Shown: positions 15,868 to 26,554 of the stretch, one piece after another
Position numbering within the stretch: the first letter of the stretch is position 1
Layout of the letters: every line of letters begins with the position of its first letter
Origin: a virus
Taxonomy: Duplodnaviria > Caudoviricetes
Length of the DNA: 64,000 bases
IMG/VR virus record: IMGVR_UViG_3300021400_000091
Coordinates: 24,421 to 88,420 of that record
Strand: one strand, 5' to 3'
Position numbers and translations under genes: made by a program
Notes under the pieces: model-generated
Told to the model about the DNA's origin: nothing
The model's database searches: none
Seen by the model: the letters and a program-made list of their open reading frames with translations, nothing else

Positions 15868-17330
15868 GTAACTTACCAGTAAAAGTTGCTAATTCTAAAT
15901 TAGTCGGTGGTTCTGTTAACTTTACTCCTGACCAAAAGGAGGCAGTTGATGGAATCATCGACTTTATTAATTCAGAATTTAGCAAGAATCATTATGCTGT
16001 TGGGTTATGTGGTCCAGGTGGAGTTGGTAAAACTTTTGTAACGAATTATATTATTAGTAATTGTAAATACGCTAATAGTGCAATTCGTTGTACAAGTCCA
16101 ACTCATAAAGCTTGTAGAGTATTTTCTTCCGCTATTGGTGGAAAAGATGTATATACTATTCAAGCTACTTTTGGATTTAGACTTGATTTAAATCTAGAAA
16201 ACTTTAATCCTGATAGACCACAATTTAATCCAAAAGCTAAAGCTAAATTAGATAATATTAGAGTACTTTTTATAGACGAAAGCAGTATGTTACCAGCAGG
16301 TCTAGTAGGTTATATTATGAAAACCTGTAAGGAAAAACAAATTAAAATTATATTTATTGGAGATGATAATCAATTACCTCCGGTAAATGAAAGAAAAAGT
16401 ACTGCATTTGCTAGATGTGCAAAGATATATTATTTAACAACGATAGTAAGACAAGAACAAGATAATCCAATTAGAGGATTACTTCAAATGCTTAGAAAGG
16501 ATATTGATAATAGAAGTTTTAATTTTATAAATTATATATCTAAGCATATTGGTGAAAGCTATTATAACGAAGTTGGAGAAGGATTTACTATAACTAATCC
16601 TTTAGGGTTTAAGCAATGTATTGATATATCTTTTAATGATGAAAAATTTACAGAGAACATTGATATGTATAGAATTATTGCTTATACTAACTTAAGAATT
16701 TCATCTTGGAATAATTATGTTAGAAATTATATCATTAAAGGCTCTGATAAAGGAGTTTTAACAAAGAATGATTTAATTATGAGCAATGAAACTATTGTTG
16801 ATGATTTTCTTTCTCCTGTAATTATTAATTCAGAAGAATATATTATTAAAGATATTGTCAATTATGTTGATTCTACTTATGGATTTAAAGGATATATGGT
16901 AAAATTCCAATTAATCCATGGTGGAAAAGTTACTTCTCCATTATTTGTCATTGATAGTAAAGATATTAATAGTATCATATTGTACGATAGAACTCTAAAT
17001 GAACTATTAGTATCAGCAAAACAAGCAACTGGAGGTACAAGAGTTAGTAAATGGAAAGAATACTTTAATTTCAAGAAGAAATATCTTCTAATTACTAATA
17101 TTGTAGATAGAAATAATAACATTAAAACTAGAGCTAGTATAGATTATGGATTTGCAATTACAAGTCATAAATCTCAAGGTTCTACGTACGATAATGTTTT
17201 TGTTGATATTAATGATATAGTTTTTGATAGAAATAATCGTATTCGGACTAATACTGATGAAGTTCTTCGTATGTTATATGTTGCTTGTTCTAGAGCACGA
17301 AAACAATTAATATTATGCTATGGAAATTAA
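15864..17330 (+). CDS. SF1B (Dda/RecD-like) DNA helicase
   Basis: GPGGVGKT, SPTHKA, IDESSM, GDDNQLPPV, AITSHKSQGSTY and LYVACSRAR motifs. Confidence 0.95.
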   Translation: MSNLPVKVANSKLVGGSVNFTPDQKEAVDGIIDFINSEFSKNHYAVGLCGPGGVGKTFVTNYIISNCKYANSAIRCTSPTHKACRVFSSAIGGKDVYTIQATFGFRLDLNLENFNPDRPQFNPKAKAKLDNIRVLFIDESSMLPAGLVGYIMKTCKEKQIKIIFIGDDNQLPPVNERKSTAFARCAKIYYLTTIVRQEQDNPIRGLLQMLRKDIDNRSFNFINYISKHIGESYYNEVGEGFTITNPLGFKQCIDISFNDEKFTENIDMYRIIAYTNLRISSWNNYVRNYIIKGSDKGVLTKNDLIMSNETIVDDFLSPVIINSEEYIIKDIVNYVDSTYGFKGYMVKFQLIHGGKVTSPLFVIDSKDINSIILYDRTLNELLVSAKQATGGTRVSKWKEYFNFKKKYLLITNIVDRNNNIKTRASIDYGFAITSHKSQGSTYDNVFVDINDIVFDRNNRIRTNTDEVLRMLYVACSRARKQLILCYGN

Positions 17331-17829
17331 ACATATTGATACTCGAAATGAAATAAAACGAGTAAAAACTTGTTATAATTGTCCGGCTAAACTATATGCA
17401 AAAGATGGTGAAACTATAAAACTTGGATTTGGTAATTCATTTGCTGATAAAGTAATAGTTTTACCATCTTATAGTTTAGTAGAGAAAGGAGATTATATTA
17501 GTTGTGCTAAGGTTCTATTGGACATTGTGGGCAGTCGGTTATATGAGGATTTCTATGTTACCAGGGATATTAAGTGTTACAATGTGAGTAGTTATGATAT
17601 TCATGATGCTTGTGTTGCAAATTGTAATACTTTTTTGAATTATGAGTTATCTAAATTCATAGGTAAAAAGCTATTTGTCTTTGGTAATGTAGATTTATCT
17701 AGAATTGATAAAAATATTATTAATACTTATAAAGTTTATAGATTATTTAATCCTTATATAATGATTGTTGGAGAACAGGTTTTAAAAAATAAGTTTATTA
17801 ATGATGTAAAAATGATGATGAACTTATGA
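17320..17829 (+). CDS. Uracil-DNA glycosylase family 4-like protein (divergent)
   Basis: CYNC...GFGN...YVTRDIKC...C spacing fits the Fe-S UDG fold; catalytic motifs are not canonical. Confidence 0.55.
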   Translation: MEIKHIDTRNEIKRVKTCYNCPAKLYAKDGETIKLGFGNSFADKVIVLPSYSLVEKGDYISCAKVLLDIVGSRLYEDFYVTRDIKCYNVSSYDIHDACVANCNTFLNYELSKFIGKKLFVFGNVDLSRIDKNIINTYKVYRLFNPYIMIVGEQVLKNKFINDVKMMMNL

Positions 17830-20120
17830 TTAAAATGTGGGCTTATGATGTTGAAGTCCTACCTAATTTCTTTTCAGTTGTATTTGTAGATATAGTAGAT
17901 TATATGAATAAATTTGAGGATTGTGTTATAAATGATAAAGCAATTCCTTTAACTCAAAAACTTTCAGTAGAAGAAATAAAAGATAGATTAAGTAAAGTAA
18001 ATACTAAATCTTTTTATATTACTGATAAAAATGATGACCAGTTATTACAAATGATTGGATTCATTAATGCTATGATACCACATCGTGAAAATGGTGTTGC
18101 TATTAGAAACGATGTTTTTGGCTATAATAGTATGTCTTATGATAAGCTGATGATTGCTTGTCTGTTAATGAATGCAACGGAATGTAATAATACTAAAGAG
18201 TTAATTACTAAATTATATACTACAAGTAAAAAGATTATAGAATTACAAGATAAAGATGATAACGTAAAAGATTATTATATAGAAACATTAAAGAATTATA
18301 AATTACCATATAAAGATATAGATATAATGAAAGTATTTGCACTTAATAAAGTAGGTGCAATGAATGATGATAATGGTGAAAAGAAATATTATGGTAAAGG
18401 ACTTAAACAAGTCAGTATCAACCTTCAATGGTATGATATTATAGAATATGAGCTACCAGATATATCAAATGTTGATAGACATTATTATAATAAAGATGTT
18501 TTCGATCCTTATACTGATAAACAACTAAGTAAGATAATAGAGAAATGGGATAGATATATTATAGATGATTGGATTGCAGATACTATGAAATATAATACAA
18601 ATGATGTTTTCATAGTTGCTGAAATGGTTAGATTATATAGTGATGAGATTAAATTACGATATAATTTAACTAAAGCTTATGAAGTTGATTTACTTAATAG
18701 TTCTAGAAGTAACATAGCTGATAGATTATTTATTAAGTTTTATTCTGAATTTAGTGGTCTTGACTATAAAAGATGGGGTAAAAAGAAAACTGAAAGAAGA
18801 GCAATGGCTTTTAATAAAGTTATCTTTGATAATATTAAATTTAAAACTCCAGAGTTACAGAATCTTTTAGAAGAAATGAAAAATGTGACTATTTATAGTA
18901 TAGGCAAAGATTCATTTAAGAAAGAGATCAAACTTGGTAATTTAGTATATACTATTGCTACTGGAGGATTACATAGTCAAGATATTCCTAGAGAATTAAA
19001 AAGTAAAGTACCAGCTATCATTCCCTCTACGGGCAGTGTATGGCAGGCTATGGAAAGCGATGATTACATTTATGTACATTGGGATATTTCTAGTTTTTAT
19101 CCTAGTATTATATCTGTATATAAAGTTGCTCCTAAGCATATGGATACTTTTACTTTTTGTAAACTAGTTACATGGTTAAGAGATACCAGAATTGCTGCTA
19201 AACATAGTGAAGAACCTTATATAGATGGTATTCCTAAAAAATTATTAGCTGAAGCATTAAAGATTGTGATTAATAGTATATATGGTAAGTTAGGTTATGA
19301 ATATGGTGATATTTGTGATAGACTTGCAGTGCTAAAAGTAACAATAAATGGTCAGTTAATGATTATGATGCTATGTGAAGAACTAGAACTTAATGGTATA
19401 GAAGTTGTATCTGCAAATACAGATGGTATTGTAGTTAAATTATATAAGGATAAAAAAGAAACATTTGATGAAATAGCTAATAGATGGATGGAATATACAG
19501 GACTAAGTGCTGATAGTGAAGAGTATAAAGCTTATATTAATAGAGATATTAATAATTATATTTGTCAAGAGTTTAATGGAAAAGTAACATATAAAGGTGC
19601 ATTAAATCCTAATATGTATTTAGTTGATTTATCTAAAGGATATGATATGCCTATTGTTGCTAAAGCAGTCAGTAAATATTTTCTAAATGGAGTTCCTATT
19701 TTAGATACTTTATATAATGAAGATAATATATTAATGTTTTGTAAAACACAAAATGTTGGTAAACAATTTCATGTAGAATTTAAAAAAGGAACTGAAACTA
19801 CTGAACTACAAAGATATGTAAGATTTTATGTATCTTTAGATGGAGGAAGTATTTATAAAGTTAGAAATGTAGTGGTAACTACAGGTCAAATGAATAATAT
19901 GGCTGCTGGATATTATGTTACTGTACTTAATACATTAGATGATAGAAATATTGCTGTTAGAAATATTAATTATACTTATTATTATAATGAATGTATGAAA
20001 ATCATAGACCCTATTAAACTCAGAATTAGTCCTGGACAAGAACCTGGTAGAGGTAAAGCCGGTAAAACTTTGATTAAGAAATATAGTGGACAATATAATA
20101 CATTATTTGACGATGAATGA
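17826..20120 (+). CDS. polB: DNA polymerase family B
   Basis: Exonuclease motifs YDVE and GYNSMSYD; polymerase motifs DISSFYPS, KIVINSIYGKLG and NTDGI. Confidence 0.95.
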   Translation: MIKMWAYDVEVLPNFFSVVFVDIVDYMNKFEDCVINDKAIPLTQKLSVEEIKDRLSKVNTKSFYITDKNDDQLLQMIGFINAMIPHRENGVAIRNDVFGYNSMSYDKLMIACLLMNATECNNTKELITKLYTTSKKIIELQDKDDNVKDYYIETLKNYKLPYKDIDIMKVFALNKVGAMNDDNGEKKYYGKGLKQVSINLQWYDIIEYELPDISNVDRHYYNKDVFDPYTDKQLSKIIEKWDRYIIDDWIADTMKYNTNDVFIVAEMVRLYSDEIKLRYNLTKAYEVDLLNSSRSNIADRLFIKFYSEFSGLDYKRWGKKKTERRAMAFNKVIFDNIKFKTPELQNLLEEMKNVTIYSIGKDSFKKEIKLGNLVYTIATGGLHSQDIPRELKSKVPAIIPSTGSVWQAMESDDYIYVHWDISSFYPSIISVYKVAPKHMDTFTFCKLVTWLRDTRIAAKHSEEPYIDGIPKKLLAEALKIVINSIYGKLGYEYGDICDRLAVLKVTINGQLMIMMLCEELELNGIEVVSANTDGIVVKLYKDKKETFDEIANRWMEYTGLSADSEEYKAYINRDINNYICQEFNGKVTYKGALNPNMYLVDLSKGYDMPIVAKAVSKYFLNGVPILDTLYNEDNILMFCKTQNVGKQFHVEFKKGTETTELQRYVRFYVSLDGGSIYKVRNVVVTTGQMNNMAAGYYVTVLNTLDDRNIAVRNINYTYYYNECMKIIDPIKLRISPGQEPGRGKAGKTLIKKYSGQYNTLFDDE
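19023..19033 (-). repeat. CCCGTAGAGGG element, exact
   Basis: In polB; reads IPSTG. Confidence 0.95.
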
Positions 20121-21474
20121 TACATTACTAGTTAATAGAGTATTAAATACATTTCATAATATGAGATGTAGAATGTCTATGTATTGTCTTGATGAAGATA
20201 TTAGACTTACCATAGTTAAAACTTTGATAGAAAGAATGGTAGAAAAGAATAATACAATAAAGATTCTAGTAGCAGTAGACGATTTTAATGATAGAACATC
20301 TTTAAAAAAGATTATAAATCCTGATTTATTTGCTAATAATATAATATGTTTAACAACAGGATTTATTAATCCTTATTATAACTATAAATATAATTGTTTA
20401 ATATATATTGGTAGTTTTATAGAAGAAAAAGTATTCCTAAAATTAATAGAACAGAATAAGTTTGGACTAATATTGCTAACTGAAAATATTATGGATAGTA
20501 ATTTTATAAATTACATTCGTCGAACTTGTCCAGATGCTGGATTTGCTATCCAAGATTATCGTAGTGATGTGACACGCCCCGTAGAAGGAGAATTATGTCC
20601 AGTTGACTTATCTAATGATGATAGAGAATTATATAAACAATATACTAGATACACTAATGATACAATATCTGTATTTGGTAGCATAGAAATGGTAAATATG
20701 GCTAGAAGTGGTAATTCTAAAACAAATACTAGTGCTACCGAAATTAGAGATACTATTGCTAGAAATAATGGATGGAGTGAAACTTTAGATACAAGTCAGG
20801 ATTATAATAGACAAATAGATGATATTTATAATCCTAATGCTCTATATGAAAGAGCGTGTAATTTCTTTAATATTGCTGATAAAAGAAGAAAACTAGTTAT
20901 ACAAAATGAACTTAAGCTAGAAAAGATATTAGAAATAATAAAAGAAAATGACACTGCTAAAATATTGATAGTTAGTAAAAATGACCAATTTGCTAATACT
21001 GTATCTGAATATCTAAGACAAGAAGGGTATCAATGTGGTGATTATCACGATGATATTCCAGAACAACTTGATATTGATGATAATGGTGTGCTTAGGTACA
21101 TAAAAAGCGGAAAGAACGCTGGAAAAGTGCGAATTATTAAATCTAAAGCGATTTCAAGTCGTGACGAACAAAGGTTTAATAACTCTATTATCCGGCTACT
21201 TTCAATCAAATCTGCATCGAATGTGGGCTTGTCAGTGCATTGTGATATGGTCATTTTCACGTCAACATTATGTGATGATATAGAAAGTTTTAAGACTAGA
21301 TTTAGAAATGTTAAAATAAATGGTATTCCGAATAAAGTATATTATATATATAGTAGTGATACAATAGAAGAAAATAATATAAAGAACTTGCAAACAATAC
21401 CTTTTTTAACACTACATAGTGAGCAAGAAAAAAATGCAGTGTTTGATGAAAATAGTAACCAAATAATTTTGTAG
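20113..21474 (+). CDS. SF2 helicase-like protein, apparently degenerate
   Basis: C-terminal helicase-C-like layout (KLEKILEII...KILIVS...GLSV..DMVIF); no Walker A or DExD motif visible. Confidence 0.6.
   Translation: MNDTLLVNRVLNTFHNMRCRMSMYCLDEDIRLTIVKTLIERMVEKNNTIKILVAVDDFNDRTSLKKIINPDLFANNIICLTTGFINPYYNYKYNCLIYIGSFIEEKVFLKLIEQNKFGLILLTENIMDSNFINYIRRTCPDAGFAIQDYRSDVTRPVEGELCPVDLSNDDRELYKQYTRYTNDTISVFGSIEMVNMARSGNSKTNTSATEIRDTIARNNGWSETLDTSQDYNRQIDDIYNPNALYERACNFFNIADKRRKLVIQNELKLEKILEIIKENDTAKILIVSKNDQFANTVSEYLRQEGYQCGDYHDDIPEQLDIDDNGVLRYIKSGKNAGKVRIIKSKAISSRDEQRFNNSIIRLLSIKSASNVGLSVHCDMVIFTSTLCDDIESFKTRFRNVKINGIPNKVYYIYSSDTIEENNIKNLQTIPFLTLHSEQEKNAVFDENSNQIIL
20578..20588 (+). repeat. CCCGTAGAGGG element, 1 mismatch (CCCGTAGAAGG)
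   Basis: In SF2-like gene; reads RPVEG. Confidence 0.8.
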
Positions 21475-21498
21475 GTTAAAAACTATGTGTTATATTTG
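21468..21498 (+). promoter_or_regulatory. Bacteroidota sigma-A promoter (-33 TTTG, -7 TATATTTG)
   Basis: 19-nt spacer; upstream of ATG 21526. Confidence 0.75.
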
Positions 21499-21525
21499 CA
21501 GTGTAATTAAAAGTTCCTTGACATT

Positions 21526-22500
21526 ATGAATGAGATAAAAGAAGAACAAAGTGCTAATCAAATTAATGATGGCACTAATGAACAAACTAGTAAATCTTCT
21601 TCTATTGTAAAACATGAGCATAAAGCTCCTGTTATTGTTGATAATGGTATGAGTTCAATAGATTTGTTTAATCCTGAACAACTTGCTGCTGCTGAGTCAT
21701 TTCTCAAGAGGATTATGAGAAGTGAAAAAGGTGGTATTAAAACAGTTGAAGATGGATTTGCAATAATGATGCGAGCAAAGGATTTAAATCTTCCTTTCTC
21801 AACTTGTATTGAACACGTACACGTTATTAATGGTAAAACTGGAGTTGATATTCATGTTATAAAAGCTTTGTTGTCGAGGGCAGGAGTAATTTGGGAACAC
21901 ACTAAAGATTATGCTCCTCTGTATGAATATACAGACGGCTTCAATGTTTTTCTTGATGGAAGTCTTCCCAATTATGTTCATAAGTGCCGAGATGCTAAAA
22001 GTGCTAGAGAAGCTAATGAAAGGGCAGCATCTGAAGAACGTGAAGATATTTATGTATATCCTGTAAAGTGGTATCAAGATTTTAAAGGTAATCTTTATAA
22101 AGAGTATCAACTAAGTTCTTCTAGATTTGGTATTGCAGTTACTCGACAGCAAATTGCTGAAATTTCCAATAGTGGAAAAATTGCCGTATATCGTATTCCT
22201 AATAAACCAGTAGATTTTGTAGATGAATACAAATTTGAAAGAATGGTTAATGGAAGGAATACGATTGCGTATGGTCATTTCTCATATAGTGAGGCTCAAC
22301 AAGCTGATTTATTCTCTAAAGATACTTATGCTAAGTATCCTAGAGTTATGATTGGTCATAGAGCTTTTACTTATGGTGCTAGAGAAATTGCTAGCGACGT
22401 CTTATTTGGTGTTATGGAAACTACTGAATTAAAGGTTGTCGCTGGTAAAGAATTAGATGATGCTGATATTGTTGATATTGAAGCATCAGAAGTAAATTAG
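21526..22500 (+). CDS. RecT/Bet-like single-strand annealing protein
   Basis: IEHVHVINGK and TYAKYPRVMIGHRAFTYGAREIASDVLFG resemble RecT-family motifs. Confidence 0.7.
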   Translation: MNEIKEEQSANQINDGTNEQTSKSSSIVKHEHKAPVIVDNGMSSIDLFNPEQLAAAESFLKRIMRSEKGGIKTVEDGFAIMMRAKDLNLPFSTCIEHVHVINGKTGVDIHVIKALLSRAGVIWEHTKDYAPLYEYTDGFNVFLDGSLPNYVHKCRDAKSAREANERAASEEREDIYVYPVKWYQDFKGNLYKEYQLSSSRFGIAVTRQQIAEISNSGKIAVYRIPNKPVDFVDEYKFERMVNGRNTIAYGHFSYSEAQQADLFSKDTYAKYPRVMIGHRAFTYGAREIASDVLFGVMETTELKVVAGKELDDADIVDIEASEVN

Positions 22501-22558
22501 TAAACTAATTATTTAGTTATTAAAACATTAATGTTTAACTATCAAAATTTTCAAAACA

Positions 22559-23353
22559 ATGAAGAAAGTTATGTTTGGCGTTAACGCCGTGAATGCTGGT
22601 CAGCGTAATGTTGAAGTTGCCCCTGCAATTATTGCAACAAGTACTAATGGTGGTTTCCGTATGACCGCTCCTGTGAGTCGTGCTCTGTCTTGTGCTCATG
22701 GTGATTACATGATGTTCCTTAATACTATTGATGGTGTTGAGGCTGCAATTCGTAACAATGATCCAAATCTTGTTGCTTATTGTGAGGAGAATGGTCTTGA
22801 GTTTGGTACTCCTGAAGCAGCTATTGCTATTCATAAGGCATTTGATCAGTGGTTTGTTGCTAAGGGTATTGTTCTGAAGGATGGTAAGGGCAATTACCAG
22901 ACTACTAATGAGCGTCTTACTAAGAAGGATAAGGTTACTTATGCTACTCAGAATTTTGACGCTATGTACAATGCAGCTCTTGAAGGTGCTGATGAGGAGA
23001 CTATTGCTTCTCTTACTCGCGAAGGTATCACTAAGGAAGAGCAGATTGATATTCTGTCAAACTTTGTAATGCCAAAGGAGATTAAGAAGTATCAGGGCTG
23101 CAAGATGGCTAACAATAGTAAGCTGACTGGTATTGGTGCTGCTCTTACTGGTACTGACAGCAATGTTTGGAATCAGCTTAAGGAAGACCTTGACGATAAG
23201 GAAAGTGTCAATCGTATTTTCGAGATTGATCTTAGTGAGCCTTATGAGATGGAAGTTAGCAATGGTTATGAGAATGTAACTGTTGTTGCTTATGCTCTCG
23301 GTGCTTCGAAAGATGAGGCTCCTATCGTTCGTGGTGGTAAGGATGCTGAGTAA
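22559..23353 (+). CDS. Abundant replication-module protein, function unknown
   Basis: 264 aa with strong high-expression codon bias (AAG, GAG, CGT). Confidence 0.8.
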   Translation: MKKVMFGVNAVNAGQRNVEVAPAIIATSTNGGFRMTAPVSRALSCAHGDYMMFLNTIDGVEAAIRNNDPNLVAYCEENGLEFGTPEAAIAIHKAFDQWFVAKGIVLKDGKGNYQTTNERLTKKDKVTYATQNFDAMYNAALEGADEETIASLTREGITKEEQIDILSNFVMPKEIKKYQGCKMANNSKLTGIGAALTGTDSNVWNQLKEDLDDKESVNRIFEIDLSEPYEMEVSNGYENVTVVAYALGASKDEAPIVRGGKDAE

Positions 23354-23387
23354 TTTATCTCGTTCATAATACAAAGATAGATTTTTT

Positions 23388-23427
23388 AAAAGGTGTGGTA
23401 TGAGAAATTAACTCTATCACACCTTTT
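23388..23427. terminator. Bidirectional-type terminator
   Basis: AAAAGGTGTGGTA/TATCACACCTTTT. Confidence 0.7.
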
Positions 23428-23466
23428 ATTATCCCTATTATTTAACATTTTAAAAAGCTTTTAAAA

Positions 23467-24399
23467 ATGGCAGAAGAAATTAAGAATGAAGCAACAACTG
23501 CGCAACCTGTTGCTAAAAAGAACCGTAGAGGTTTAGGTAGTGCTCGTGGTACTAATCGTCTTAAGTTTGACCATAAAGATGCTAAAGGAAATGGTTTATT
23601 TCTTGGTCATCTTGATAGTGTTGAGCTTAAGAATATTAAGATTGGTGAAGATACCACTGGTATGCCTAGCTTTAATGGTCTTGAGATCCCTCGTCTTTTA
23701 TTTACTTTTGCAAGTAACGAACCTGAAGTTGCAAAGCGTAAGTTTGTAACTCTTCAATTCCAAGCTCAAGAAAGTAATATTGAAACTATCCCTGGAGGAA
23801 GTAAAGCATGGGCTGTAGATTCAGTATTTAATTGGTTAAAGCATATTATTGTAACTTATCTTCCTACAGTTACAGAAGAGCAACTTGATGTTCTTGCTTT
23901 GCCTTTTGATGATACTGATGATGAGGGTCAATATGTGCAAGTAGATCCAGAAACTGTAGTTGCTGGTTGGAAGGAGTTTTTCGAGAACGTCTATACTCTT
24001 ATTACTACAGGTAGTAATGGTAAGCCTATTTATCAAGATAATAATGGCAAGGCTAAAACTATTTGGATGAAGCTTCTTCGTCATATTAAGACTGGTAAAG
24101 GTCGCAATGCTAAATGGAAGAATGTTGGTAATAACGGAGATTTAGGTTTTCCTGCTATTGTCGGTGAAGGATGTATTGAGCTTTATAAGGCTAATACAAT
24201 GCCTGCTCTTCGTGTCAATGTTCTTACTGAAAGTATTCAGCCTAAGCAGATTGAAGAGGCTAAGACTCCAAATGTAGGTGTACAAGTTGGTGGAGGCTTC
24301 AATGCTATGGGAGGAGTTCCAGTTTCTGACCCGATGGCTCAAGGATTTGAGGATATGGGAGGAATTGGAATGGAAGCCGCTGAAGAAGTGCCATTCTAA
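23467..24399 (+). CDS. Putative single-stranded DNA-binding protein
   Basis: Flexible Gly-rich tail ending in acidic-aromatic EEVPF; located between recombinase and primase. Confidence 0.65.
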   Translation: MAEEIKNEATTAQPVAKKNRRGLGSARGTNRLKFDHKDAKGNGLFLGHLDSVELKNIKIGEDTTGMPSFNGLEIPRLLFTFASNEPEVAKRKFVTLQFQAQESNIETIPGGSKAWAVDSVFNWLKHIIVTYLPTVTEEQLDVLALPFDDTDDEGQYVQVDPETVVAGWKEFFENVYTLITTGSNGKPIYQDNNGKAKTIWMKLLRHIKTGKGRNAKWKNVGNNGDLGFPAIVGEGCIELYKANTMPALRVNVLTESIQPKQIEEAKTPNVGVQVGGGFNAMGGVPVSDPMAQGFEDMGGIGMEAAEEVPF

Positions 24400-24411
24400 A
24401 TTCTTAATAGT

Positions 24412-24454
24412 TAGCCTAGGGTTATAGAATATTCTATAGCTCTAGGCTATTTTT
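24412..24454 (+). terminator. Intrinsic terminator
   Basis: TAGCCTAGGGTTATAGAA/TTCTATAGCTCTAGGCTA plus T5. Confidence 0.8.
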
Positions 24455-24458
24455 GTAT

Positions 24459-25646
24459 ATGGGAAGAACTATAAATAGTGGTAAATTAACAAAACAATAT
24501 GTTCTCTCTAAAGTTAGCCAAATAACTATTTTTAGTACTTATCTTGGATTATCAGATTCTATAATTCAACATTGTATAGAAACTGGTGAGTTAATTCGTT
24601 CTCCATTAAGAATTGATGCTCATCCAACTTGCGGATTTAGATATGATAAAAAAGGTAAACTTAAATTTAGAGATTTTGCTGGATATTTTTGGGGAGATTG
24701 TTTTGATTTAGTAGCTTATGTTATTAGTAATATAACAGACAAAAAGATAGATGTTTCTGATAAAAAAGATTTTATAGGAGTTTTGACCCATATAACTCGA
24801 GTTTTTAAAGATATATTTTATGGCAAAGAAAGAGATGTAAATCTCATAAACGAAATAAACACTTCTATTGATTCTATCAAAAATAAAAAGAATATAATAG
24901 AACTAGTAACTAGGGATTGGAATAATGATGATGTAAAATATTGGAAACAATTTGGAATAGGACTAAAGGATTTAAATATCAATTTTGTATATCCTGTTGA
25001 TCAATTCTATGTGAATAGAAAAATAAATCCTAAACCCAAATATTATTATGATGTTAAAGACCCTTGTTATGGTTATTTATTAGGCAGAGATAGAAATGGA
25101 ATTAGTAATATCAAGTTGTATTTTCCTAAAAGAGATAAAGGTTATACTAAATTTATGTGTAATTGTAATCATCTTGAAGGCATTTATCAACTTGAAAGAA
25201 ACGATTATAACTGTATTGTTATTACTAAATCTACAAAAGATAGAATTGCAATAGGCTGTGCTGTTAAGCGATACATTTCCCTCTACGGGGGAATTAATGT
25301 AGGCAACATTGGAGTTATTAATATTCCACATGAAACATATCATTTAAGACATAACGAGTATGATTGGCTTACTAGTAAACTATCTAAACAAGGAGTTATA
25401 TTATCTCTTATGGATAATGATAGAACTGGTAAAGTTGAAGCGCTTTGGCTTCGTAAAACTTATGGGATAAAACCTATATTGATTAATCGTAAATATAATG
25501 CCAAAGATTTTAGTGAACTCGTTGCGAATAATGATAAAGATACCGTAGATAGGTTAATTACAGAAACTTTAATGTATTTAGAAAATGTCAAAGTACAATA
25601 TCTTAAATACGAGAAAGAACACAATTCTTTGCCGTATTGGAACTAA
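24459..25646 (+). CDS. DnaG-like DNA primase (TOPRIM)
   Basis: SPLR.D..PTC..FRDF N-terminal domain; ITKSTKD and MDNDRTG TOPRIM motifs; AKDFSE. Confidence 0.85.
   Translation: MGRTINSGKLTKQYVLSKVSQITIFSTYLGLSDSIIQHCIETGELIRSPLRIDAHPTCGFRYDKKGKLKFRDFAGYFWGDCFDLVAYVISNITDKKIDVSDKKDFIGVLTHITRVFKDIFYGKERDVNLINEINTSIDSIKNKKNIIELVTRDWNNDDVKYWKQFGIGLKDLNINFVYPVDQFYVNRKINPKPKYYYDVKDPCYGYLLGRDRNGISNIKLYFPKRDKGYTKFMCNCNHLEGIYQLERNDYNCIVITKSTKDRIAIGCAVKRYISLYGGINVGNIGVINIPHETYHLRHNEYDWLTSKLSKQGVILSLMDNDRTGKVEALWLRKTYGIKPILINRKYNAKDFSELVANNDKDTVDRLITETLMYLENVKVQYLKYEKEHNSLPYWN
25279..25289 (-). repeat. CCCGTAGAGGG element, exact
   Basis: In primase; reads SLYGG. Confidence 0.95.
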
Positions 25647-26079
25647 ACTTGACCCAGGAGTTATTGTAATGCAACAAATTACTCCAAAGCAAGAAGAAGA
25701 AATAGATAATTCAGTAAATGAAAATGTTTATAAAAAAAGTAGATTTTATTTTAATGAAGATTTCTTTGTAGAAGGTAAAGAAATTCTTGCTTATGGCGAG
25801 ATTAATTTAAAAAATAAAGATGATATAGACTTAATTAGAAATTTACCTATTATAGATGATAATGTTATGGATTGTAAAAATGTTATTCCAACTACTTTTG
25901 ATTATGACGCCGGCACTATAGATGGAGTAAATCCTTGGACTCATACCTGGGATAATCTTTTATGGTTTAAATATCATCATTGTATAATTGGTAAACCTAA
26001 AAGAATTATAATTTATAAAATTAGTAGAAAGAATTATAATAGACTAAATGAATTATACAGAATGGAGAACACTAAGTAG
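25585..26079 (+). CDS. Hypothetical protein
   Basis: 164-aa ORF in operon. Confidence 0.7.
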   Translation: MSKYNILNTRKNTILCRIGTKLDPGVIVMQQITPKQEEEIDNSVNENVYKKSRFYFNEDFFVEGKEILAYGEINLKNKDDIDLIRNLPIIDDNVMDCKNVIPTTFDYDAGTIDGVNPWTHTWDNLLWFKYHHCIIGKPKRIIIYKISRKNYNRLNELYRMENTK

Positions 26080-26554
26080 TAATCTTAATAGTAAATCTGC
26101 AATTGTATTATGTGAAGAACTATTAAGATGGCATAGTGCAAAAAGAAGAGGTCTTAATTTTGAAACTGACTATACTACAAGAAATTATGAAGAGTCTTTC
26201 AAAAATGCTTTTACCTATTATCTTAATCATATCTACAATCCTTTTACTTATAATAAAATGTATAATATGTTTCTTGCAGTTCATGAAGAAAATATTATAA
26301 TAAAGGATGCTAGTATTGGAATAGAAAAGGCTAAGGTTAAGACTACAAGTAAGAAATCAAAACCAAAAAATCAATATTATAAGCTAGAAAGTAAAGATAT
26401 TTTTGGTAATACTACTTATAACTATGTTAATCCTAAAACTGGAGATAGTTTCTTTAGTGATGACCCAAATCTTCTTGATGAACTCAATAAGAAGAAAGTT
26501 AAAACTAATGTAGTATCTCTAGATAATATGACATTTAGCTTTAAAAAGAAATGA
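26048..26554 (+). CDS. Hypothetical protein
   Basis: 168-aa ORF in operon. Confidence 0.7.
   Translation: MNYTEWRTLSSNLNSKSAIVLCEELLRWHSAKRRGLNFETDYTTRNYEESFKNAFTYYLNHIYNPFTYNKMYNMFLAVHEENIIIKDASIGIEKAKVKTTSKKSKPKNQYYKLESKDIFGNTTYNYVNPKTGDSFFSDDPNLLDELNKKKVKTNVVSLDNMTFSFKKK

Noticed and set aside
23372-23379. Antisense TATCTTTG promoter-like site
   Set aside because: No -33 element and no downstream minus-strand gene; an 8-mer match is expected by chance in AT-rich DNA.
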